Origin: Octopus vulgaris | Lineage: Eukaryota | Length of the DNA: 64,000 bases | Assembly (NCBI GenBank): GCA_951406725.2 | Contig: OX597836.1 | Location: 5,642,001-5,706,000 of the forward strand | Direction of reading: 5' to 3' | In this document: positions 26,898 to 41,405 of the stretch, piece by piece | Position numbering within the stretch: the first letter of the stretch is position 1 | Layout: each line of letters opens with the position of its first letter | Made by a program: the position numbers and the translations under genes | The notes under the pieces: generated by a model | Seen by the model: only the letters and a program-made list of their open reading frames with translations | Databases searched by the model: none | What the model was told of the DNA's origin: nothing

Positions 26898-27070
26898 TCG
26901 TCTTTCTGTCGCATGGCGGAGCTCGTACGAATGGAAATCTCAGTGTAACGACTAAATGAAGAGTCAGAATTGAATGAAGAGAAAAAGTCTATTTCTTTTA
27001 TTGATTAACCAAATGTGTGTTTATACACATACGTATATACATGCATGTAAACATAACTACATATATACGC

Positions 27071-27125
<55 letters not shown>

Positions 27126-27152
27126 GTACATATTTATATGTATGTATGAATG

Positions 27153-27184
<32 letters not shown>

Positions 27185-27293
27185 AGTAAATATATATGTA
27201 TATATGTGTATATGTATATATATAAATATAAATATATATATATATACATATGTATATGTATATATATATATATGCATGTATATATATATATAT

Positions 27294-27339
<46 letters not shown>

Positions 27340-27340
27340 A

Positions 27341-27409
<69 letters not shown>

Positions 27410-28038
27410 ACACACACATGTTTACATTTACATTGTTAAAATAAATACAAAACAATCAGAAAAAGATTTAAAAAAAAACAAACGGTGAAAAACAAATAGA
27501 AAAACAAAAACAACAACAACAAAAAAACAAGAAACAAAATGGATGTCTAGTTAAAATAATGGCAGACAAATTGATGAGGTAAGAAAATGAAGAATTTGGT
27601 AAATGGTTTTTGAAGAGGAGAAAAACTTGGAGGAGAGAGATTTAATGATACAAACAATAGGTTTGATTATCAGCGATATTAGTATGGCGTGATGTGGAAC
27701 TGGAGGGGGGAAGAGGTGGAGGGAAAGGTGAAGGACTGGCCGCCGACTGATGCATTGTGGGTAGGTGAGCGCGTGTTCGTGTGTGAGTCGTTTGTGCGTG
27801 TGTTTGCGTGTCTTATTTGTGCGTTCGGTACACACATAGGCAAACGCACACTTCCATATGCATATATATGTGCGTGCGTACGTGTGTGTATCTGTGTTTG
27901 TGTGTGTGCTTCTCCGTGTGTGTGTGTGCGTGTGTGTATGCTTGTATGTATGTGAGTTTGCCTGTACCTTTTGTTTATTTGTACGAATATACATATTGCT
28001 CTCTCTCTCTCATTCTCTCCTTTTATCTACGTAAATGA

Positions 28039-28114
<76 letters not shown>

Positions 28115-28116
28115 AT

Positions 28117-28155
<39 letters not shown>

Positions 28156-28207
28156 TGTATATGTATATCTACATGCATATGTAGACACATACCTATATGT
28201 CTGTGTG

Positions 28208-28244
<37 letters not shown>

Positions 28245-28357
28245 ATGTATATATATATATATATATATGTGTATGTATGTATGTATGGATATAAAACCAG
28301 ATGGATTGCTAAAGAGATGCGTGTAAGCAAACAAGACCTGAGGTAACACAGAGAGAG

Positions 28358-28464
<107 letters not shown>

Positions 28465-29179
28465 TAAAACCAAATCTTGATAGTCATCAATAATAAAAGA
28501 AATGCAAGCAAGTTTGATTTGTAATTGAACTTCTGCATGAAACCCTGTCGGCTTTCGCGTGATTCTGTAGGGATCAAGGGAAGAAGGGAACGAGAGTTGG
28601 AGAGAAAGAAAGACGGAGATGGGGAGGGAGATGGGGAGGGAGATGAGGGAGAGAAAATGAAGTAAGAGGGTGAAAAATATGGGGTGGGAAGGTTTTCTTT
28701 GCTGTTAAATCTGAAAATCCAATTCCAGTTCCGACCAATAATACTGTAGACTCTTTGCAACGATGCACCGAGCTGTGTTCAAAAGTTATTCCTCACTTTG
28801 TTCTTTCACAGACTTTATTAAATACATGTCAGTCACAAATTGTTTGTTGTTTAGCAGAGAGAAAAAGGAAAGGAATGAACGAGAGAACGAAAGAATGAAC
28901 GAGTGAAAGGATGAAAGGATGTGAGAAGAAAAGAATGCTTAAACATAGAGTTTTATATAGAGAGGAATAAGTCCGTAAGTAGAGGAGTAAGCAGAAAGGA
29001 GAGCGAGTTTTATAAACAAATAGTCTTGTAAAGAGATATACGTAAGGTGATTGCTGAATAGATAAATACAAAGAGAGAGGTGAAACATACGTACTTATGT
29101 ACATACGAGGGGCTATTGCAACCCTGGAGTCATTGCGGGTGTGTGTGACCTGTGAATCTGTATTAGTGAATGCATCCGT

Positions 29180-29472
29180 TGGTGGGCATGTTGCTGAGAT
29201 GGCAACGATGCGCAGGCGACTGACAGTTCGGATTCTGAAATTGCTCGGAACAAGGAAGAACGAACCTACGTCGCTTCTACGGAGAACATTCGTGCTCAGT
29301 CACTTGGATGATTGCTGCTCCCACTTATGGTCGCCACAGAGCATCAAATTGATGGCGGAACACGAGGCAACCCATTCAAATAAATTTGCCCCAGTGCAAA
29401 CCGATAGGCTGCGGGGGGGGGGGAAGCAACTGAAGCTATTCCCTGAAAAAAAGACACGAAAGATGTGCAATG

Positions 29473-29480
<8 letters not shown>
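29180..29480 (+). mobile_element. Decayed CR1/L2-like LINE ORF2 C-terminal fragment
   Basis: RTFVLSHLDDCCSHLWSP...KQLKLF resembles the LDYCSxxWSP...LKxLxLxSLxxRR region downstream of CR1-group RT. Confidence 0.7.
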
Positions 29481-29519
<39 letters not shown>

Positions 29520-29951
29520 CTGATCAATTACTATCCGGACTGTTCTAGCGGAAGAGAACTAGTATGCTATATTTTAGTGCGCATGCACAGTAGTTCGTTA
29601 CTATGGCAATTGCCAGGATACTTATTGATCAAACTACGTTACATTCGAAACGCGGAGTAGGTGGAACGGGACAACTGATGAAGGGAATGTTCTTTATGTT
29701 GCCTGTCTCGTTTCTCTATTTGTTTCTTTCGTTGTTATATCGCTCTGAGATTCTGAGTTCAATTCCCACAGAGTTCAAATGCCACAGGTTCGTGTGTCAT
29801 ATAAACTAGCTAGAGGCGATGGCCTCAAGGAGCTAATCGACGGCAGCTTTCGTCCTATATTTATGGACTCCCATATTAGCTTGGCGATAACTGTTAACAT
29901 CCAGTACCGCTGCCGTAGTGTCCTTTAGAGAGAATTAGAAATAATAATATT

Positions 29952-30025
<74 letters not shown>

Positions 30026-30060
30026 CACACACACACATGCATATATATACGCACACAAAC

Positions 30061-30263
30061 ACGGTCGAGTTCAGAAAAGTTCCTGGCTTTAAGGGTGTCG
30101 CGAAAGGCCTGGTTGGAAGCCGAACCCTCCAAATTCTTTCACATTGTTTATAAAAACTGAAGGACTACGGCAATGAGTATAATAATCTGAGAGGGGAATA
30201 TGTTGAATAAAATCATAATTGACTGATCCTCCTGTATTTTCTTTTGCTCAAAGCCAGGGAATT
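30061..30263 (+). mobile_element. Mariner-derived MITE / internal-deletion derivative
   Basis: TIR remnants ttcctggcttt and aaagccaggga; internal ctgagaggggaatatgttgaataa translates LRGEYVE*, a typical mariner C-terminus. Confidence 0.75.
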
Positions 30264-30271
30264 ATATATAA

Positions 30272-30303
<32 letters not shown>

Positions 30304-31016
30304 GTTCATATACATTTGTCAGTGTGCGTGTGCATGTGCGTTTGTGTGTATGTGTGTGTGTGTGTATGTGAGTGTGCGTGTGTGTGTGTGTGTGTAGATA
30401 TAACTGGGAAGACAATTAGTTCCTGTCAGGTCGTCTCGCTCCTGATGCGCAACAGGCTACGTAATTTACAACCGGTGTATCCGCTTCTGGGGCACGATAT
30501 GACATACAATTTTTCTGAGAAAATTCCCCGCTGCTTTAGATTTCAAGTAAAACGAAGAAAAGAAAGTCTACAAGAAAATTGTCTGGAAGCGCAAATGTCA
30601 CGAAGTGGAAGAAAATTTTGAAGAATTCTATAAATATCTAAACGTTTAGCAGCGTTCAAACCCAAGAATAACGTTATTAATTGAATAACAATCAACGCGA
30701 CGTGTGGTCGTGTGAACGGTCTCTATGGCACATTGCAGTCACACACAGATACACACACACAGACACACAGACACACATACATACACGCACACGCGCGAGT
30801 ATTCAAATGAATGCTGATACACAGACAGACATACACATAGAGGAACTTACGCGTGTACATACGCACTGAGGAGGGGAACTTAGGACGAAGACATGGCGGA
30901 GAAATCGCTATGTGGTTTGTGGATGTGTGTGTATGTGTGCGTATTTGTGAATGTGTGTATATGAACGTGTGTGTAAGCCTGTTTATGTATGTGTGCGCGA
31001 ATATATATATGCATAT

Positions 31017-31350
31017 AAGGCGCATGGCTCAGTGGTTAGAGCGTCGAACTTACGACCGTGAGATTGTGAGTTCGAATCTCGGACCAGGCTGCGTGTTGTG
31101 TTCTTAGGCAAGACACTTTATTTCACGTTGCTCCAGTTTACTCAGCTGTAGAAATGAGCTGTGACGTCACAGGTGCCAAGCTGCATCGGCCCCTTTGCCT
31201 TTCCCTTGGATAACATCGGTGGCATGGAGACTGAAGGCTCGTATGTATGGGCGACTACTGCTCTTCTATAAACAACCTTGCACAGACTTGTGCCTCGGAG
31301 GGTAACTTTCTAGGTGCAATCCCATGGTCAGTCATGACCGAAGGGGGTCT
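31017..31350 (+). mobile_element. SINE family C, full length
   Basis: Head tggctcagtggttagagcg...gttcgaatc; collinear with the 8770 copy. Confidence 0.9.
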
Positions 31351-31367
31351 CCGGCTCCGGCTATATA

Positions 31368-31491
<124 letters not shown>

Positions 31492-31917
31492 TATGTATAT
31501 ATATATATATATATATACATACATCCACACACATACTTTCATATGTATATGCATACATAAAATCTATACCTACACACATGAATATATGTCTCCATATGCT
31601 TCTGTATATATTTACATGTGCACGTACGCATATACACACACATGCATACATATATATCTATGTGTGTGTAAACAAACACACATAAGCGCGCGCTCGCACA
31701 CACACACATATCTTGCGTGTATAATTACATGCAGTTAGACGTACGACTACTACCTCAGGAGTGAGACCTCCAAGTAGATTGCTACGACCCAGTGAGCTTC
31801 CAGAATAGTGGTTAGTTCACCATTTGTGTACTGGGGTCGATCTAATCGACTGCCCCCCTCCCCAGAAAGTTCGGGCCTTGTGCCTAGTGTAGAAAAGAAT
31901 TATATATATATATAATC

Positions 31918-32322
31918 TCGTATATATAAATCGCAATATGTGTGTATATAATGACTAACGCATACATTTCCGCAATTCTCAACCGATTTTCGCAAAACTT
32001 TACACACACATTAGCTATGTCCGTAGGGTGGTCATGCACTATAACATTTTCCATTTTCCCCAGAACTCCCGCGTAAATGGACATTGTTTTTTATATCTAC
32101 GGTCTTCCTTAGTTTTTTTTTTAATCTTTTCTTAAAAGTGAAAGGATTTGGTCTATTTATTTACTTCGACTGTACCCCTGCGCGGTGACCCAGTCAAGGA
32201 ACAAGATTTGGAAGCTGTCATTTTTTTTTCGTATAAATAAATGTTTATGCTAATCTAAAATATTTTCCTAAAAAATCTTATTTAGCTGTTATTTTGAGCA
32301 CAACACGTGTTATGTCTCCAGT
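31918..32322 (+). mobile_element. Non-autonomous Helitron-like element (degenerate)
   Basis: 5' TC..tatatataaa, then the aaccgatttt..caaaactttacac block typical of Helitron-N/DINE-like repeats; degenerate 3' end. Confidence 0.5.
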
Positions 32323-32991
32323 AACTTCCTTTCATGTAAATAAATGCTTGTTAATTTAATAGATTTTCCAAATTCGTTGTATTGTACATAGTTTTATTTT
32401 GTGTATGTAGGGTCTTCCATGCGTTTTTAATCTATATCATCGTATAAATTCCGCCGAGTCAACTTTGCCTTTCCTCTTTTCGGGGTCGATAAATTAAGCA
32501 CCTGTTGCGTACTGGGGTCGATCTAATCGACTGGCCCCTCCCCCAAAATTTCAGGCCTTGTGCCAAGAGTAGAAAAGAATTTTTGAACGTTATACAAAAA
32601 AATAATAAAATTCATCTTCAAAATGTTAATGTATGGATGACATTAATTCAACAACAATATTTACTAAGGTATTAAAAGTGAAACAAAGCTCTGTAATGAT
32701 TAATGTGAAAATAATGTGTGATAAAAACAGATCGAATGAGATAGAGTGAGAGAGAGACAGACAGACATACAATCAGACAGACTGAGAAAGAATCAGGTAC
32801 GTTATCATTTAATAACCTAGAGGTATTAATAATATAGAGAGAAACGAAAGTGAAAGTGTAAAGGAAAGACCCAAGTTCTCAGTTATTGTGTTTATGAAAT
32901 ACAGCGAGTAATATCTATTTTCTGAATAACCAGTCGGCTCTAGATTGTCACAGAACAAAATGTACGAATTATTACTGTTATAAATATGCAT

Positions 32992-33110
<119 letters not shown>

Positions 33111-33289
33111 AAGGTTTGGAGATGATGTACAGGTATCTTATATTAGAAGAAATGAGGCACTCACAAATTCGGATGGTTTTATACTTACAGATATTTATTT
33201 GTATATTACATGTTTTTATACATCATATATCATATATCATATATCATATATTAGCGCTTTCGTCCATTCTGGTGGAGTTTTCAAATTGA

Positions 33290-33336
<47 letters not shown>

Positions 33337-33374
33337 TACATATACATAAATAATGTTATATAAATACATATATA

Positions 33375-33431
<57 letters not shown>

Positions 33432-34074
33432 GTATATGTATATATAATATATATGTGTATATATGTATTTATATATACATGGGTGTTATTCTTTCGTTAT
33501 ATTTCTAGATTTCTTGCCAATGGAGAAAGAATTGGTTTCTAACCTTAGTCCAAGGTTCCTACATCAGAACTTCAAGAACGTCAACAGGGTGCTTTTGCAC
33601 GAATGCCTGCGTGAAATTATTTGGGGGTCAGTGCACGCAAAGATGAAGCGTTTTGTTTAATTTGTGTGTAATCGTACATCTAACCGTAATGTCCAGACAT
33701 ATTTATAGATAATAAATGCTAAAAAAAGCAACATCATCATCATTATCATCATCATCATCATCAATGAGCATGTGTGAATTTGTGTGTCTGTTGTATGCAA
33801 GCACGGGGTGTCATCGTATGTGCGTCTGAATACATGTACGTGGTTGTGTGCGTGCACTTGAGCAAGTATATGTATATATTTGCATATGTGAGTGCATGTA
33901 TACGTACACATGTGTGTGTTCGTGTGTACGTATATCCGGGCGTATGTATGTAAGTGTGCTGGTTTATATATGTATATATTTGAGCAAGCATTCTTCGTAG
34001 ATGTGTGTATATGTATAGGTATATGTTTATCTATCTACCAATCAAACAGTCAATATCTCTCTTTCTCTATCTGT

Positions 34075-34157
<83 letters not shown>

Positions 34158-34231
34158 TATATTCATTAATCTATCTATTCATCCATTCTTCCATCCATTC
34201 ACCCATCCATCTGTCCACCTATCTAGCTATA

Positions 34232-34307
<76 letters not shown>

Positions 34308-34519
34308 CATCTATCTATCTATCTATCTATATATCTATCAATCGATCGATCGATCGATCTCTCTATCCTCTTCTCTGTCTGCCACAGTGTGTGTGTGTGC
34401 GTGTGTGTGTATATGCGCTAGCCCGCGCACGTGTGTGTCTGTCCGTGTCTATGTATGCGTGCGTGTGTGTACGTGTGTATGTGTGCAGGCGCGTGACTGT
34501 ATGCGTTTCGTGAACAGCG

Positions 34520-34627
34520 AAACTTTTAGAAGAGACATCGGGAAGTTTTAGAAAAGTTCTCCTAATTTATTTAAAACTTTTAGAAGAGACATCGGGAAGT
34601 TTTAGAAAAGTTCTCCTAATTTATTTA
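34520..34627. repeat. Perfect 54-bp tandem duplication
   Basis: aaacttttagaagagacatcgggaagttttagaaaagttctcctaatttattta occurs twice, at 34520 and 34574. Confidence 0.95.
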
Positions 34628-34930
34628 ATTAGTTTTCGAATTGATTATTTCGCCCAAAGGCTAGGCCACGTGACTTGTACATAGATCTGTGTAGGTGGAA
34701 TGAGTGAAACTGTGACTGGATCACTACAAGATTCTGAAAGGCAAAACGGTTTCGGAAGTAGCCATATTAGAGACGCTGATAACGTTGTTGCTGTTGCTGT
34801 TGCTATTGGTGTTATTTTTCGTGTTGTAGAAGCAGTAGTTTTTTACGGTTTTTTTTTGTTTTTTCTCCATTTTTCTCATATTACTGGACTCGCATCTTTT
34901 GTTCTTCCTTGTTCCAATTAATGTTGCTGC

Positions 34931-34966
<36 letters not shown>

Positions 34967-35017
34967 TGCTGCTGTTCTACTTGTTCTTGCAGCAGCAGCA
35001 ACATCAGCAGTAGCAGC

Positions 35018-35073
<56 letters not shown>

Positions 35074-35094
35074 CAGTAATGTGGTATATATATA

Positions 35095-35162
<68 letters not shown>

Positions 35163-35263
35163 GACGCATATACTTACATATATAGATACACATGCATATA
35201 TACATATATGTTTGTATATATGTATATATATGTATGTATGTATATATATATATAAATAAATAA

Positions 35264-35315
<52 letters not shown>

Positions 35316-35318
35316 ATA

Positions 35319-36211
35319 CTAGCTGACGTACCCAGCATTTCCCGGAAAGCGGGCCTTACCCCTTGATTCCATTTTCATAATTGTTTCGCTAATCCAATAA
35401 CAACAAAACAATGTACGTAGCCTTTAAAACGGTTTTTGTTCATTTACAGAGAATATCGAAATGTCTTACGCAGGATCTTGTTTTTAGGAATTCCCAATAA
35501 GTTATGAATACCCAAATTGTGCAGTCAGTTATCTAATAACATGAAATTATTTACCTGATAGTAAAAATTCAAATAAAGTAGCCCCGAAAAGGGCTTTAAT
35601 GCGTTCCTAGAGTATATAGAACATAGGAGGAAATACTAATAAGGTATGTATACTAAAATCGTGAAGCATGTTACGTAATAACAGGCTAATCAGATATGAG
35701 ATAATAACAATTCAAAGTAAATAACTCTGAAAAGGGCTTTTGTGCGTTCCCAGAGAATATTACCCTCAGGGGCGCTAGTGTTGGTATATTCGTGAATAAG
35801 TCACTAACCGAAATAAGTGGATCTATTGTTTAGGAAAATACTATTTACTTGTTTAACGGTTATACTGGATAAATTGCGAAAATAACTCTAACAGTTCAAA
35901 TACTAAGAAATAAGCACACTCAATTTAATTTTTACCAAATAATTTAGGAAAATGAATGTGTTATTTCTCTTGTTGCGGCGAATAGATTATTTCCCTTGGA
36001 TGTTAAGATAAAATATATTAGTTGTATATAAGGACCCCTTCGAGGGGCCCCATTATCGATCTTTTTCAACAATCTGAGTATCCCATGAGGTTTCCAGACA
36101 TGAGTTCTACTCACGTGTCAAGTTTCATCAAAATCGATAAAACGATGTAGGAGGAGTTAGCTAACAACTCCACAAACACACCCACAGACAGAATTTCCCA
36201 CATATGTAGTA

Positions 36212-36213
<2 letters not shown>
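35319..36213 (-). mobile_element. Non-autonomous Helitron-like element
   Basis: Minus-strand 3' end has a GC hairpin (ccggg..ctggg) followed by CTAG then T; the far end has caagtttcatcaaaatcg and acagacag blocks; TA-rich flanks. Confidence 0.65.
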
Positions 36214-36694
<481 letters not shown>

Positions 36695-37511
36695 CGTGTG
36701 TGTATGTATACACAGCCTCAACTGGTTATTATTGTAAGATGTTTTTTTAACCCATTATTTAAACGCTATCATTTAGAGCTTTGTCTACTTCGAGCTCAAT
36801 CGTTATGAAACCCAAATCTGTGTGTGCATGTGTGTGTGTGTGTGCGCGAAAGAGAGAAAAAAAGAGAAAAAGAGAGAGACAGAGAGAGAGACAGAGAGAA
36901 GTGGGGATGAGATGAATTTCAGTGTACAAAGAAAGACCGACTTCAATAGTTGTAAAGAAGTCTTTATTCTATGTTGGGTACAGAAAGATTGAAAGCCTCG
37001 CAGCCTCATAGCATCTTCAACTCACTCCAAACCCATCATTATACTTATACCTTAACACCAAAAGCCCGCCCTAGTGACGGCTTTACTAGTTTTTCAACCG
37101 TCTTACGAGCGTTTCATCTAGGTCTCTGGGATGAGTATATCTCCTTCTCTTTCTCCCACCTCCCACCTTCCTGCTCATATTGGAAGCTATTAGAAAGGTC
37201 AAACTCGTTGCCCTTCCCCGTCTGACTCGGCGGTCGCCGTATAAATACAAAACCGCATTTAACAGACATCCACTGAATCACGGCCACTCACCATATATAT
37301 ATATATACATATATACATACATATATACGTCCATATATATACATACATATATATATGTATGTACATATATATATACATATATATATATATAGAGATATAT
37401 ATATATATACATACATATATACATATATACGTTTACATATATATATATATATGGACATACATATATATGTACATATATAGATATATGTGTATATATATAC
37501 ATATATACATA

Positions 37512-37542
<31 letters not shown>

Positions 37543-37754
37543 GTGTATATATATATGCATGTATATATACATATATGCATTTATATATATATAAATATAT
37601 ATGCATATATACATTTATACAAATATAAGCATAAATACATATATATATAGGTATAAATTTATACATATATATATATCCATATATATGTATATTTATATGT
37701 ATATATGTATTATATGAGAATATATGCTCATATCTATGTATATATGTTTATATA

Positions 37755-37792
<38 letters not shown>

Positions 37793-37833
37793 AACCAACC
37801 AGCTGAGAATATATGTATCATATACACATGTGT

Positions 37834-37876
<43 letters not shown>

Positions 37877-38544
37877 CACACATGTGCGTATATATATATT
37901 TATGCCTCTCAGCTGGTTGGTTCTATCAGTCATTTCGACAGTCGGTGAGAGTAAGAGAATCGGGGTGTGGTGAGAGAGAGAACAGGAGCAGGAGGGGGAA
38001 AAGGGGGAAAGGGGGAAGGGAGACGGCTGGTTGTGAACTTAAATGGAGTTTATTCAAATTTCAGTCTTTCGACACCTGTTACTGACTTTGAAAGGTTTCT
38101 CTTGAAATATCGATGAAATCACTGCTGCTGCCTGCTGTGTTCTTAATTCCATTTACATCGATCTAGTATTATTATCATTAAGAAAAGCGAGAGACACGTT
38201 GACGTGTTGGTCGGTCGGTCGTTCGGTCGGTCGGTCGGTCGGTCGGTCAGTCGATACGCTATTCGGCCGGCGGTTATGTGGAGCGATGCTGTTCGGTAGA
38301 GAATGAGAGAAAGAGAGGCAGTGAGAGTGACAGAATGGGCGAAAGAGAAAAAAAAGGATGAAGAGGGAGAAAGGCGAAGAGGTGGGGGGGGGGCTCTTTG
38401 TTAGTATGTATGGTTCGTAGGAATTTTAGTACGAAGCTGGGATTTTGTACAGGGTTTGCTGTCAAATACCCCGAAAGAATAAAAATTAGCTTATGGTGGT
38501 GCGTTGTCGGGATACCGGAAAATTTGATATTCTTTGTTATTCTG

Positions 38545-39123
38545 GGCTCAAGGCCCGAAATTCTGGTGGAGGTGGGGGTGGGGCAGTCGAATAGATCGAC
38601 TCCAGTATGCAACTGGTACTTAATATATCGACCCCGAAAGGATGAATGACAAAGTCGAATTCGGCGAAATTTGAACTCAGAACGTAACCGCAGACGAAAT
38701 ACCTATTTCTTTTACTACCCACAAGGGGCTAAACACAGAGAGGACAAACAAGGACAGGCAAACAGATTAAGTCGATTAGATCGACCCCAGTGCGTAACTG
38801 GTACTTATTTAATCGACCTCGAAAGGAGGAAAGGCAAAGTCGACCTCGGCGGAATTTGAACTCAGAACGTAACCGCAGACGAAATACCTATTTCTTTTAC
38901 TACACACAAGGGGCTAAACACAGAGAAGACAGACAAGGACAGACAAACGGATTAAGTCGATTACATCGACCCCAGTGCGTAACCGGTACTTATTTAATCG
39001 ACCCAGAAAGAATGATGAAAGGCAAAGTCGACCTCGGCGGAATTTGAACTCAGAACGTAACGGCAGATGAAATACGGCTACGCATTTCGCCCGGCGTACT
39101 AACGTTTCTGCCAGCTCGCCGCC
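38545..39123 (-). mobile_element. SINE family A, trimeric form
   Basis: Three core copies spaced about 182-185 bp, with a single head at about 39123. Confidence 0.9.
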
Positions 39124-39375
39124 TTTTTTTTTAAAAATATTCTTTTGTACTCAAGGCACAAGGTCCGAAATTTTTTTAGAAGGGGCCCGATTTTAGAAGG
39201 AGACAAGTAATTAGATACATTTGAATCTAACTATTATCGGATTTTGTTAGGGCCCTATATGGTAAAGATGTGGATGGAAAAAATATGGGTAGAGGGTGAT
39301 GTGCTAGCAACCGTCGAAGCAAGAACAGCAAGCATTATCAAAAGAGGAAAGAAGCATGGACATTACTTTCCCAAG

Positions 39376-39491
39376 TGACCTTATCTTATCGCCCATCACT
39401 TGTTATGCGCTCATAAATTAGTTTGGTAGTTGAGCTCTGATTGGCTGTATGCAAATGAGTTCATAACTGGGATCCGGAACTCTCGTGGGAA
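39376..39491. promoter_or_regulatory. Candidate cis-regulatory module (NR half-site, 2x GATA, CCAAT box, octamer, CSL site)
   Basis: TGACCT 39376, CTTATC twice at 39380-39390, CTGATTGGCT 39437, ATGCAAAT 39449, CGTGGGAA 39484, in sequence with no match elsewhere in the window. Motif matches only. Confidence 0.4.
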
Positions 39492-39970
39492 AAGAAATTC
39501 GCTACCCGATCATAAACGACAATCAACTCATTTGTTGAACTCTGTGTCAATCGTGATGGAAGGGATCAACCATAAATGGCATTTCAGATTTGCACGGGAT
39601 TTTCTGTCAAAATGAGAGAAAGATAAAGAAACAAATTCTCTCCCTTATTTGGGTTTTGTTTGGGTAGTGTGTAGATCGATATTGCTAACGCAATGTGCTT
39701 GAAATAGAAGCCGAACCTGACTTTAAATCACATCTTACAGTCGCTTAAAAATAGGAATGATACGCAAATTCTCATAGAATATTCTATTATACTTTTAATG
39801 GTTTTCATTTGTAGGATCGTGGCCATGCTAGAACACCGCCTTGATTTATTTTCTGTCAGTTTTCTTGTCGCTTTATGGCTGGAAGTTGATCTAGGATTGA
39901 GTTCCCAGCAGCTGAGCATCCCTTAATGTATGCTTCAGTGGTTGGCTGGTTTGAGATCGTTATGAGTTGA

Positions 39971-40194
39971 TCTCTTTACTCTTTACTCTTTTATTTGTTT
40001 CCGTCATGTGACTGCGGCCATGCTGGAGCACCGCCTTTAGTCGAGCAAACCGACCCTAGGACTTGTTCTTTGTAAGCCTAGTACTTATTCTATTGGTCTC
40101 TTTTGCCGAACCGCAAAGTTACGGGTAAGTAAACACACCAGCATCGGTTGTCAAGCAATGTTGGGGGGACAAACACACACACACACACATGCAT

Positions 40195-40225
<31 letters not shown>

Positions 40226-40232
40226 CACATAC

Positions 40233-40266
<34 letters not shown>

Positions 40267-40435
40267 TTATATATACGACGGGCTTCTTTCAGTTTCCGTC
40301 TACTAAATCCACTCACAAGGCTTTGGTCGACCCGAGACTATAGTAGGAGTCACTTGCCCAAGGTGACACGCAGTGGGACTGAACCCGGAACCATGTGGTT
40401 GGTAAGCAAGCTACTACCACACAGCCACTCCTGCG
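39971..40435 (-). mobile_element. SINE family B, full length, near consensus
   Basis: Head cgcaggagtggctgtgtggtag, B-box-like gggttcagtccc, CORE-like accttgggcaagtgac, internal microsatellite, tail aaagagt repeats. Confidence 0.9.
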
Positions 40436-40497
40436 AATGTTTTTTTTTATATTTGTGGTTGTTGTTTAATATTTCAGCAGAGGTTCCGTTTGTATTA

Positions 40498-40900
40498 CTG
40501 ATTTCTTTAGGCAAGCATTTGAACAGTTGAGGACCCGGTACCATAGAACGTTTTTGCTCGTGATTTCGAAGTTGGTATATTTGGAAGCTGACGTTATCTA
40601 CCCGTTCCTGCGTTAAAACACCCTCCCTGATCCTGAAGTTTGGAACATATCCCTCAAGGATTTTTCCATACGTCTATAATAGTATATCTCTATCTTCGGC
40701 GTCCAAGAGAATGGAATCGCAGAACTTTCAGATCTTCTCAGTAATTAAGGCTTTTAACCGAAGCCATTTTACTGGTGAGCGTTCTTTGTAACCTTTCAAT
40801 TTCTTCTATGAAACCGGAAGAGTCTGGGGCCCAAAGCTGTGAGCATTAATTTAATCTGCTCCGATCTAAGGTTTTCCATAGATTCCGCATCTACTTGATC
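40498..40900 (-). mobile_element. Decayed CR1/L2-like LINE ORF2 C-terminal fragment
   Basis: Minus strand: SQLWAP...IEEIERLQRTLTSKMASVKSLNY*EDLKVLRFHSLGRRR*RYTIIDVWK...GPQLFKCLPKEI. Confidence 0.85.
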
Positions 40901-40939
40901 TGGACAAGCCCTGGGCAAAACACCGCCGCCACCGCGCCC

Positions 40940-41050
40940 GCGCACGCACACACACACACACACACATATATATATACACACACATATGTATATATACACA
41001 TACGGACACACACACATAAATATATAAAGACATACGGACACACACATACG

Positions 41051-41083
<33 letters not shown>

Positions 41084-41374
41084 GTACACATACATACGCA
41101 CAAACACGTACGCACACGCTCACACGTACACAGACATACACACACAAACGCACATACGCATGCACATACGCACACGCACACACGTAGACAAACACATACG
41201 CACATACACACATACGCATACGCACGTACGCACGCACACACGTACACACATACGTATGCACGCACGTGTACGTGCCCACACGCACACGTACATACACATG
41301 CACACTCACACACACGTACACACATACGTGCACACACATACGCGCACACACACATACGCGCACGCATGCGCGCA

Positions 41375-41405
<31 letters not shown>

